A stretch of DNA of 64,000 nucleotides from Tubulanus polymorphus (taxonomy: Eukaryota > Animalia > Nemertea): NCBI RefSeq assembly GCF_964204645.1, contig NC_134025.1, forward strand, positions 5,518,001 through 5,582,000, in the 5' to 3' direction. This document shows, in pieces, positions 1 through 37,269 of the stretch. Within the stretch, counting starts at the first letter, position 1, and the number at the start of each line of letters is the position of its first letter. The notes below the pieces were generated by a model. The model was not told the origin of the DNA and searched no databases. It saw only the letters and a list, made by a program, of their open reading frames with translations. The translations under genes and the position numbers were made by a program.

Positions 1-1070
1 CGAAATGTTGAAATGGATGGAGATATCCATTCACTTACACATCTTTGTGATTAGCTGGATTTTAGAGAAAATCATCTTGACAAAATACTCCAAGGCTGGA
101 AGGACCAACATGGACCATAGATGCGGGCTTACTTCGTCGAGTAAAAAAGTGATATTCAGAATTTTGCCTATTTCGCTGTGGAAGAAACATTGGTCATTTG
201 GTAATTGGTTTTCTAATGATTTATATATTAAGAGTGGCTTCATTTGTCAGTTTTAGTTTTCGTTGTTTATCCCGATATACAAACACTACTGTGCTGTAAT
301 TATAACCCACCAAATCTCTTCAAAGGATATGCGGAACACATCAATGATATGATATACATCAATGATACACATTTATTTCTATTTCCGAATTGATTCGCAA
401 TTTGATGCTATTACATAGGTGACAAAAAGCTTTTCAATATTTTCCTCTCGTTAGTCAATAAATCTATTCCAGCTGACAATTTCTCCCAAAAGCTGGTATC
501 AATTTTCTGATTTAACACCATCAGAATATATCGAAAAAGTTTGGACGAATTAAATGAATATTGAAAAAAATCTAAACCTTTTACTGAGTCCATATGATAG
601 TTGTTGGTTGTAAACTAACTGTGACGCGGATGGTAATATTTCTATCGAATCTGAATCAGTACAAATGTCTCCTTAGCTAGGATGTGAATGGAGTGAGTAT
701 ATTTTCACGGAAGACAATCGAGTAAATTGCAACGTATCGACATTAAGGGACCATTGGCGGTTAAGTAAGAGATCCCGCTGTCATCGGCGCGGTTATTAAA
801 CTAATTACGGCGAAGAGACCCGACCATGTGGTGCCGGGGCGAGCAAAGTGCGATGGAGGAAAAGTAGAATCAATCACACGCACACCGGTATATCACCACC
901 AAGAGAAATTACAGGTGTTTATCCCATATCAATATCCCTCAGATTGAAACATAAATACTAAAACTTCCAATAGATTCGACAAATGTGATTTCAGACGAAT
1001 AAACGGCACTAGAACATGGATAGTTGTTTTTCGAGGGGACCAGTATCGTGGTCGCCTGACACATAAGTTA

Positions 1071-1076
1071 TTTATT
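1071..1076 (-). promoter_or_regulatory. candidate polyadenylation signal of the CNP-like gene
   Basis: AATAAA on the minus strand about 15 nt after the TAA stop. Confidence 0.5.
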
Positions 1077-1090
1077 TTGAAGTAAAAGCA

Positions 1091-2097
1091 TTAGAGATAA
1101 AAGTTGAATTTTGTAGCGAGGAACATTGGCATTTTTGTGTAGACGAAAAATCTCCCCTGGCCGTAGTATCTCACCTGCATTTTATCATTTAAATCGAAAT
1201 GTGCCGTATTCGACAAACATTTTTGTTCACATTGTATTATGTCAACAAGATCCAAGCCGGTCGTAACCGCAGAGACATCTTTAGCACAACCCAATGTTAT
1301 ATGCCCTTTGCTTCCAAAACCGGAGGTCGGATGGAAATTGGGTGGATACGAAGTCGAGCCCATTCCGAGGTTTATGTCGTTACAACAGCCTTGGTAGCAA
1401 GGTGCAGAGCGGTCTTTACAATTACCGTCAGTATCATTCTGCGCCCAGAGAGGTAACTGTCGCTCGGTTAAACGAACTCGTGCGCCGAGCGTTCGTGGTG
1501 TCAGTAGAAAACCAACGACTTCGATGACATAGAAAGACCCTAAAGCTTCGCGAACTGCGCGTCTTTGCTCGTAAGTGGAACATTCGGGTACCGTTCCGCG
1601 TCCACAGAACATGGCCGTGACATGAAGAGGCATACTGTACTTTGTCATGTCGGAGTAGTAAGTGGACAGATCAAAACCTAAAAGTATATGAAATGGAAAT
1701 ATAGATGGATTGGAAAAGAGCAGATGTAGAATTTACTTTCTACCGTTAGAAGAAATCTTCATTTATACCTGGAGTAACGTTGAAATTTGAAAGCATTTCT
1801 GACCGAACGTTTCGTAGCTGAATTAGCTCTTGGAATATCGTTCTGCCTTGATTTTCTAACCAGTGTGCGCTATTATCACCCAAAAACCATCCATAAAACA
1901 AAGGCTGCTTTGCTGAAAAAAGGCAAGGAGTGTGTTTTAAAAAGGTTTCATGAAATTATAAATGACTTTCAATGAAAACTACTTTTTAATAAATGAATTA
2001 TCAATTGTGCCTGAAAATCTTCTGTTTGTTGAGATTTACCTTCAATTACCAGTGCCATCCAAAATATCATAATATTTCGAGAAAACATCATTTTCAT
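1091..2097 (-). CDS. CNP: 2',3'-cyclic-nucleotide 3'-phosphodiesterase (CNPase)-like 2H phosphodiesterase, 3 coding exons, about 262 aa
   Basis: Exons 2097-2040, 1912-1769 and 1677-1091 join in frame (789 nt) through GT-AG introns. The translation has QPLFYGWFL, HVTAMF, GFLLTPRTLGARVRL and GSKGHITLGCAKDVSAVTTGLDL, matching vertebrate CNP motifs (PLYFGWFL, HCTTKF, TPKTTGARV, RAHITLGCA..V.AVQTGLDL). Both HxT motifs are intact. The first exon is less certain than the other two. Confidence 0.88.
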
Positions 2098-4452
2098 GAA
2101 CTGCGAATAGAACTAAATAGAGGTTAATCATAAAGAAGAGAAACCGAAGAAAGTCTAAATGGCAATATGTAAAACGCAATCGTAAACATTATATAGTGTT
2201 GGAAATATCAGCGTATTATAGCCTAGATTTATTTCAGGGAGACGTCACAATTTCTTTACCTTTAACAAAGAGTAGGCCTATATATCACTAGTAGTACCGC
2301 GAATGTTGACTATACTTTTGTTTTGAAAATGAATTTTGCTTTCGATCATTAATTGAACGGTATAGAGAACGATTTGATTTGAACATTATCTAATCATTGC
2401 AACAAATCTAGTACTAATGCTTAACTAGATCAAGATAAGACGCTTTGGAAATCATCCAAAATTGCAATAACCGTATTTCCGAACTGGGTACATTTTTCAT
2501 CGTTTTTTGGAATTAAAAAAAATAAATTTATCATCTTTCATTCTAAGCACGATAAGTATATATACTTATAGAGCTGATAATCTTGGTTTTTTTTAAGATA
2601 AATCAACTTATTTTATAAAATCGATTGGTCAAAGGATGTGGACTCAATCTCAATCCTGGTACGAATAAGTTATTTTATACATAATATCTACAAACGGTTG
2701 CTCTTAATGAAAGTGCATTTGTTTACACCAAAGAGCAGCACGGAAATTCTATATTACATGTTCGTGTTGAATCTGATCCCGATCATTTTGTAAATTCTAG
2801 TCACAAAAAAATATAATCGTTAATTGTTGAATGCTGACACTGTAATATAGTAATCCTGTATCTCATATCATAGCATTTGTCACTAAACCACATGAGACCG
2901 GGGTGCGTGGCGACGTGTGGCTCTTTTTGGGTTTGATAAGCGCTGCGTGATAAGTATAGACGCCAGACGCGGTAAGTTGAATAACAATATTGGATTTTTT
3001 ACAGTTCTTCCCAAAAAGACCATCATACTTTTGAAACTGGAATCGTCGTTCTTTCAATATCATTTCCTACGAAACGCGACAAGCCAACAACCCTTGCGCA
3101 CTGGAGTTTTGGCGATACATAAAGGCAACTGCTGAACTTGGGAAAATCATCACTTATGTTTGGACAAATAAGCAAGTAAATAAAGATGTGCGTCTGGATA
3201 AACGAGAAAGTTAAGCTGTTCTGGGGCCGTTTCAATAGAAGCTCGTGAAATTCGGAATCAACAATTGAATATAAATGTCTTCAGTCAATCGCCAAAAGTT
3301 TCGTAAACATAATTATTTACATTAGTAATTTGTATTTCGATGCGTTTGTACATATCGTTGAATAGGGAGGATTTTCTCCCACTTTCGCGGCACAAAGTCT
3401 CTTTCAATCGGCGAACAATGCATGTGAGAAGACGCAGTCGGGAGCTCGTATTCTTCTAGGAGAAAATTGCAACAATACGATATAAGAAGTCTGAAATATT
3501 AGCTCATTGAGGACGAAAAAATACCTTTTCGTATCATAAGGATGATTTTTACTGTACTCAATTCACCGTAATTTCGATACAATTTTCACGAGTAAACAAG
3601 TGAAATTTGGATTTTCCATATGCTCTATTGACTGGGTATTTACATATTCATATACCCCAGCTTTTCGATGTAGCAAAATTAGGCCTTTTATCCCACTGCG
3701 TTTAATGAACGTTTGAAGTAGAAATTCTATGACGACCCAGCGATCGTCCCAGAATGGCACGCAACGTTTGCTGAAACTACATCCGGTGGTTTCGGTTGTC
3801 AGCGGTACATCAAAGCACCATATTTCCCCCATACATTCACACCATAATAACAGTTCATTCTATGAAAAACTTACAAATTATCATCATTGTATTGTAATAT
3901 TATCAATATCGTGACGCGGTGGCGCAGAAGAATATAATGACTTTAATAATTAATATGGTATTAGCTGGTTTGCATGCGTACTGAAAAAGGCAAAGCAGGC
4001 ATGTAAGTAAGGCCGCGAATGAACTTTCTATTGTGAGTTATTCTGATTAATAGATAATTAGGTTGAATTACAGGTTTCAATGTTACTGTCACATCATGCA
4101 CTGATGAAATGAATCAAGTAGTTAATCTTTATCGGTTTCGAATTTTTCGGCCATGTGTTTCGTATCTGTTTACGCATACTCTGCCCACGATATTTTCACG
4201 AATGATATATCTGAATGAGTTATATTTCATTGTGCGTATGCTATCTATATACGAACGCACAATGGTTATTTTCGAAAATCCATTTTGAATTCACCTTTCC
4301 AGGAACGACTCCCCGCGAGTGAAAAGCGCCGACCTTTTGGATTTGAGGGATCGCGTTGAATTGTATTCGAAAAAAGTCATCTTTTTATTATGACCGAATA
4401 AAAAGGACAACTCGATCAAAACAAAAGAGAAAAGTCCAAAAACATCTTAATC

Positions 4453-7400
4453 ATGATCGAACCGAAGTGGAGTTTTTGGGATATATTTTGCGCGGTGGTA
4501 GCGCGATTGATTTTTGCTCTCCACTGCATCATAGCAGCATGGAAGGTGGTCATGGATTATCAAAACCACGTTTACTGGTTGGTATTGCTAGGTCTGATCG
4601 GTTTGGTGGCCGATGGCATCTATGTGATCATAATAAAAAAGGGAAACGTCCATTTCAAATGGTAAGTATCATTGATTCATTCACCCTAAAAACTCATAAC
4701 TAAATGAATGAACATCAAGTTGATTTAATTTGATGACTTAGACTCCAATCATGTCGAATTTAACCAATTCGGATGACCGTTCAAATCGAATATCTTTTAG
4801 AATATTTTCTGATTCAAAATGGGATAATTAAACAAACGCCTTAGTCGGACAGACTTGCATGGTCCATAAAAATCCAACTTTAGTTTACTCTAAGGTACCC
4901 AGCAGCAATCTGATTTCAAGTCTACTTTAATATGTTTCTGATATCATCAGATATGACTGCTGTACGATTCTATGACATCAAAACCGCAGCTGAAACTTAC
5001 AATCAAACAGCAACGCAACGCGTGTATATATATATCATATACAATGAACATTATCATATTGTTATTTGATGCGTTTCCTTTTTTAAAAGAAACCTGGTTA
5101 CTTTGTGACATACTACCTACTAACGCTAGCGGTTGCACCTCGGGCGGTGCTGTAAAAATAACCAGCTCATATACGAAACAATTTACCTCAATTTCAATTG
5201 CCATTGGCTTTTCGCTAGATTGATCAATTCTCATCACAGTTAAGCTACATGTATGTATATTTTTGGGAAAAAAGCTTTCGACTGGCGGGGAACTAGAAAC
5301 CATCGCACAAAAGTCAATTCCTGTAATCTATTCCCAAGCAAGACTCGAGTTTACGACAGGGAACTTACTTATTTCGGTTTTCGTAAAAGTGTCACCGATA
5401 GGTATAAACAACTGGAAAAGCGCGTGATCAATAAATGAAACCACGGCAGCGAATTAAAAACAAATCTTGAAATATAAATCAACGTCCTGCTGCGTCTCTG
5501 ACTCTAGAAAGACTATCGTCATTCACCATGTGTCTAATTTGCATAATGGAGAAGCGGTCAAATCATTGAAACTTGGATGAACAGGATCAATCAGTATTTG
5601 ATGTCACTGGCCATAGCTGATTACAGTCAATAATGAATATGTTTCTTGGTGAAAACTGATGCGCAAATCACATAAACACCTGTCTCTATTACGCATCGTA
5701 TTATTTTTGGTCATGCATGAACGATGATTTCAGAACGCTGCAAATGACTAGGATCGGACCACTAGTTTATCCTCACTTAGTAATATTTATACTTTCTTTT
5801 AATTTTTTTTTTTTATATTCAGCCAGGGCATTAGGCGCATTTTTCATGAAAAGTTGGGACCTCGGGGTCCCTTTATGGTCTTTTTCATCAGTACGTTTTA
5901 TGATGTAGAAAATGTAACTTTTCAATTCATCTAATAGTGATGCAACTTTTGTGACTTAAAAATATAATAATAAAGATAATATACAATAATAATTCAGTCG
6001 CTTCAGTCGCCGAAATATCGCTGTTTTGATTAAGTTTTGTATTCAAATGATTCTTATTAAATTAAGGTTGCGTCCATGTATTATCTTCTACCTGAGTTCA
6101 ATTATACCATCGATTTGGCTGCTGGAGCTGAAGATGTACGATATCAGAGTAGCGATCAAAAACGATTTCGATGCAGGTCGCAACGATGTACTGCAGCTTG
6201 AAAAAACGACTATCGTTAACCGACTCGTCCATTACAATATGACCTTTTTCACCGGAGTGAGTGGTTTTACATTTTCTTCATATGGCTTTAAATGGTTGAT
6301 TCAAAATAACTAAAACCCGGATGTGCGAATGAATGAGTTGAATTGAATTCAATCTATTTTCAGCAATATTGAGCTATCGTATCATTATTCCAATAACTAA
6401 TTATAGTGGGTTAATTGTTTTCATAAGATAATAGTAATGCTTATAGTAATAGTAAACAGTATTGATAATCGTAGCACATGACATTGTTTAATATGTAATA
6501 ATCGTTTATATAAATATAATCTGAAACTGAATCTGATTTTTTTATTTCAGACAACCTTGCCTTTTGAGAGTGCTCCTCGATTGTGGGTGAATTCTTTGGA
6601 GCAATGCTTGATGTTCATATTGATTCTAGCTCGATGGTTACTACCCAAAGGAGATGTTGTAAAAGACTACATCCCGCTTTTGTTGATGGTGTTCCTTGGA
6701 ATGGCCGCTGACATAATACAATGTACGTGTTTAGTATATGTACATGTTGTCCCCGCAAGCTAGGACATTTCAAAACTATTGTTTGAAATAATCCTTCTGT
6801 TCCGAATCCAATTTCTCGACGATTTTATTGAATGATTCGATAATTGATCGGGATGCGGGCTATAATGAGATAAGATAATAATTCTTAGTTATCACCTAAG
6901 GGTACCTACAATGTTTCATTTCATCACCTGCTGTTCAGTTTACTGGGCCATAAATACATACATCTTCGCCTTTTGTTTACCAGGGAGTTGCCGAAACAAT
7001 TTTTATATTTTCATTTTCAGTCTTCGATGTATTCAAGGAACCGCCACTTCGCTACCATGAAGGCATCGTATACCTGATACTAGTCCTAATTACTGTCAGC
7101 TTGATACCGTTTATTCTCGTACCAACTGTCGCCTCAAGATCGACCCCTATGGAACCCAAATACGGGCAAACGGGCCAAAAGGTCAGAGCGTTCTCTGAAG
7201 TATATAACATATATATACAATATATAATATAACTCAAATACTTCAAGTCGACTAGAGTGAAATAAGATTTATCGGAATTAAATTTGATCATTCGAAATAC
7301 ATCATCTTGTTTACATTAATAGACAGATTTTTGCTAAAGGGTTGAAAACATAGATAGACACATCACGATGCGGTGGTATTCTTTGATGTTGAATCGAAGG

Positions 7401-8690
7401 AAACAACTGCTGAACTCACGATGATTATTGGCCGAATATAAACGATATCCATTTTTTGTTTCAGCCAGCAGAAGGTGAAACTACTACGAGCAAAGGGTGT
7501 GGTCCTAAAGCCTGCCAATCAGCTGAAGTACTGGGGATTCTCGCAACTTTATTTCTGCAGGCAAGTTTTCTATCTATTTAAGTCGGTACCGGTGCCGATG
7601 GGTCGCGACAAAATGCTAAAATCGTCATTGACCTGACGCAGAGAATTTGACGACATAATAATTTATTTCATTCAGCGAATTGATCGCAGTACAGACCCTG
7701 CGGGCGATGAACAGTACCGTTATACAATAACATAGTTTTTAATAATAAGTCAATTCGAACGACATAAAAAGAAAAATATTTGCGTTCATCGGTGTTTTGC
7801 ATTGCATTGAAAGCGTATATTATCCTTTGGGCGTTAAGAATTCAAAGTTCAACTTACTATTTAAACTATGTTTTAAATTTCAAAGTTCTTCGCCAAAATC
7901 TATCATCGATCAATTTATCATTAATAAATGGATAAACTCGAAAGTGTAGCGCTTTTGTTCGTCGAATTGAATAGAAAACTCTTTATGAAAGTCACATTTT
8001 GCTAAATTGTAATTTTCAAGACGCTATATTTCACAATGGTCGGTGTTAGATTTGTAATTTGTTACGCCCAAAATCAACGGTTTCTTATATCGAACGACCG
8101 CTTGACATTTTACTGACATGCTCATCTGTTATTTCAATCATTCGCATACGTGCATACTTTCTCTGCAAGAAATCAAGTGCAATATGACCATGTGCCAATT
8201 CTAGATTGGATATTTTCTTTCATAGATATATAATGCAATCTCATGCAAAATATGAAATAATGTAATCTCATGCAATATCGACGGAAAGAAAGAAAATGGT
8301 CGATTAATCTGAGGATACATTTGAAATAGAAAAATATTTATAACGGACAAATTCTATCAATTGCAACAATGAGAGAAACCAAAAGATCCAAAATCTATTA
8401 ATTTCGGATGAAGTTATAATGCTTATATTGTGCTCTTTTATCCTCCTATTATAACGCATAAGTAATTTAAGAAGTACGTATTTCTTCTAATGTAGGACAT
8501 GCCATTCTTGATATTCCGGTGCATTCTTTTGGGCCATTATTCCGTCGTGAGCTACATGACGTTTTTCTTCTGCGTAAAGAACGGCCTCACTATCGGCATT
8601 CTGCTCTACCGCTTGGGAATCGTCTACATCGAAGGCAACAAGAAAAAGGATTATTCCGAAATCGACGACCCCGGTGACATGGGATATTAG
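4453..8690 (+). CDS. TMEM26: transmembrane protein 26-like, 6 coding exons
   Basis: Exons 4453-4661, 6067-6256, 6551-6722, 7021-7181, 7465-7560 and 8496-8690 splice in frame. Motifs ARLIFALH..AWKV, KWLRPCIIFYLSSIIPSIWLLEL, RWLLPKG, GMAADI and LQDMPFLIFR match the TMEM26 family. Confidence 0.9.
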
Positions 8691-9910
8691 CTGGATTCCT
8701 GGTGAAGTTAGTTTTCTCTCAATTACGTTTTCCGTTAATACTGGTATATCCGAAACGAATGTAATTAGAATTTAAAGTCAACATTACAATTATGATAGAA
8801 ATTCGGTATCATATGCATATATTTTATTTCGATCAATCAAATCTTTCCATGTAAGAACGAATTCCCAGATGCAAGGCTGGTAATATTTGCATTTTGAAAA
8901 TAAAGAATATATATGCAGCAAAAATAACATAGAAAATTTGATATTAGAAAATCGGGCAAGCACGTATCGAATCCAGAGACCCGCAGCACCGAGTGACTCG
9001 AAATAAACTGATCGGCTCCAAATCGGTCTAAATTTGCCAACAAAAAATTCAAACAATCTTTACAGCTCTTACTTTACATATGAAATGATTAAAGTCAATT
9101 TTAGGACTGATAATCAGTCTGGTCTCTGAGGTCGTTTCTGAATCTAAGCCTTATGTTTTCTAACTAAAAATAAAACTTCTTAAAATTCTTAAATTCATCC
9201 ATATTAATTGCGACGAATTGCCACCAGTGAAAATGAAATATACATGAGAAATTTCTATTCTTTATTGCTTTTGTTAATTATATTTATATATGATGAATAT
9301 AGAGTAACTCGTACTTAACGTAAGATAAACTAAGCAGCTACATCGTTTCTATATATGTATATTATATCTTCTTAGCCGCGGAAATCAGTTGTATATGCAG
9401 GAATGTCTTTAGGCGAGAAATATGAAACGTTGGATAATTTCTAAAAATCAGATCGAAACATAAAATATTGTAGATTTCTTGGGCCAACTATTAAACATAA
9501 GAATTCTTGCAAGGGTCCGTAGTTACTTCACAACAATAACGACTGCCTACGTGTACGTATATGAGGTTCATTTATCTAGATTCGGTTACAATTTGGGCAT
9601 TCGGGAAAATTCAAATTATATACGAACAATTTTTAGATCAATCTAATATGAAATCTAGATACAAAAAATCTAAATCACGTATAAAACTCGTTACTCGTAG
9701 GTGCGAATATGGCGGAATATCTACGGATTTCCATTTTGGGAAATTGTTTTTTTTTTAGATTTCTACGCAAAATTGTTGCTATAAAAACTAATTGTTAATT
9801 GTTAAAAACCTTACCGGACAACAAACATTGAATGTAATAAAGATTGTTTCGTTCTGAAGTAAGATATATTTGTTTTTTCATCGAATGAACGATGTTGTTA
9901 CGGAGTCCTT

Positions 9911-10020
9911 GGGGCAGATTTTATTGACGATCATAAACTTTTAACTCTAGGGTTAAATGATTTATCGGTCTTATTCCCTCCTCCGGGTTAAAGTTTAAAC
10001 TGGTCTCTAAAACTGGTTCC
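9911..10020. repeat. degenerate inverted-repeat element (possible old MITE)
   Basis: The left arm ggggcagattttattgacgatcataaacttttaac resembles the reverse complement of the right arm (ggaaccagttttagagaccagtttaaactttaac). There are many mismatches and no clear TSD. Confidence 0.3.
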
Positions 10021-11165
10021 TGGAGCTTTGAAACTGGAAGCAAGCAGGTAAATTGCAGTCATCCCAGCGGCGTTCAAAGTACGGTACTAAGCGCTCACAC
10101 GATTATTCGAGGCCTATTCAGTACCGTACCGGCTGATCGGCACTTCTGAGCTGTAGCTAGATGTTTAATCCAAATACAATGATTCTATCCTCTTAATTAA
10201 AGAATGCTAGAAAAAAAAAACAAATAAAAGGACTATTTTCAATAAGAGATCAACTTTATTTAAAATATAACATAGGATTTTCTCTCATATTCTGTTATAG
10301 AAACCCTACAATATTTACAACTTATTTTAGGTTAAACATCTGAATATATACTTTAAATATATATAAATTTACGGAAAAAAGAAAAAGAATCAACAATCAA
10401 ATAACAATTGGACGGATATACGATCACATTTTCAATTGGAAATTGTAGGAATATGATAATTTTTGATTTTCTTGACAACAATTGTGTAAAGATCAAATAT
10501 GGTAGTTTCGTTCTTCGGCGACAAAGGAATGTTTTCTTGGTTAAACTCGTAGAACTTGACCAAATAAATGAACCAATATCACAGACAGTTTTTAATCAAA
10601 TACCCCGTAAAATAACTCGCGCCAACGAAGGTATAAATCTCTTTTATTAAACTATGTATTGATGTGATAAACATTAAATTTGTCTCTAACTAGAAAAAGA
10701 TCATCAAACGCCTGTGCCATGTTCAAACAAGACTTTAATGGCTTAATATACACACAAACATGACGACAGTCAATCACGGCATCACTTCAGGCTGTTTACG
10801 TATAAAAATGAAGGTTCGTTTTCCACACCGCGGTTTGCAAATCGGAATCAAATTTCCTCCGTACAGATACACTTATTTTGTAGGTTTTTTGTGACACCCT
10901 GTTACATATTTCATTTTCTCTCAAGATATATAAAAACGAGTTGAAAATCAAAGCAAATGAATGTATAGATTTTTTTCAGATGGATTTAGTTCGCACGGAC
11001 GGAAATAGAGTCTTCTCGGGAGTTATTTTGGTGCTAGATATATTTTTAGTTCGCGTAACAGAATTGAACGAGTAGAAAAATTACACACATATAAAGAAAT
11101 AGTGCGATACGATTCTTTTGTTTTAAGTTTATGTGGAGGGACTATTAACTGGGAGGGACTATTAA

Positions 11166-36314
<25,149 letters not shown>

Positions 36315-36474
36315 TTCTAGGTTTTTACAGCACGTCCTCGGCTAGTTCACTATATGAACATAACAATCCACACTTAAATTATACTCCTCACACTTGAATC
36401 TGAATCAAAATCCTCATTTATTTGAGGAAAAATGTCGTTTCCGTATGAAAGTTATGAAATGGCCTCTGTATACA

Positions 36475-36487
36475 GTCGCTTAGCAAC
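36475..36487 (-). promoter_or_regulatory. RFX X-box upstream of DNAH7
   Basis: GTTGCTAAGCGAC on the minus strand, about 160 bp upstream of the ATG. It fits the X-box consensus typical of ciliary gene promoters. Confidence 0.75.
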
Positions 36488-37269
36488 GTCGCTAGATGGC
36501 GCAGTGGTTCGTTACAGCGATTGCACAACGATTTTATCATTCATTTGTTCGACGGCGATGTAATGAATAATTGCAATAATTACTCTTCTCTACTCGCGTA
36601 CCAGGTCTGCCTTCTTATGTATTTTTCCGGGTAGGAAAAGGAATTACGCGTGCATTTACGAGTTTCGAGTTTAATAGCTCCATACTTTACAAACAGTATT
36701 TGCCACAGATGATTTGTCATGCAACACTTTTTATCAGGTGTCCAAGGCTTAGTCAGTAATGAAATTGTTAAAACAGGTTAGATAGACTTCTGTCATCTGA
36801 ATTTGGTGGCTTCCTGGCCAAATAATGGCCTAAGCCAAAAAGAAAATCGTACTAAAACCGATATGTTTTCTATCAAAGAATAGCGAAAATTAAATAGAAC
36901 GTAATTCATGTTTTAAATGTTACAATAGTTTATTTTCATGATTAAACAAACATTAGCAATAATAATAATCTTTTATCACATTTCAAATAAACACTTTATA
37001 AAGTAAAAAGTAAAATTTCAGCAAACAGTAGACATATACGAGTAAATACATAGCAATCCTTTTTAAATTTTCAATAATATTTCATGAAGATAGACATCCA
37101 ATAGCACCGTAAGCAGAATGTATGTTATAGTACTGTCTACAATCAGATATATTTACAAACTACATTTAAATCACTAAAAATTCTGTTAGCTTCAAATTAG
37201 ACCATATTTGAAAATTATTAGTTACAAATAAAGACACATGCAAAGTATCTTATGTAGCATGTCCCCTGA

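Noticed and set aside
1-660. Short ORFs on both strands with some plausible splice sites (for example GAA|gtaagc at 132 on the minus strand)
   Set aside because: I could not assemble a phase-consistent gene or recognise any protein family.
2863-3859. Minus-strand ORFs as a possible N-terminal kinase-like domain of CNP
   Set aside because: There is no GxxGxGK P-loop and no similarity to the CNP N-terminus. They are more likely 5'UTR exons or chance ORFs, though not formally excluded.
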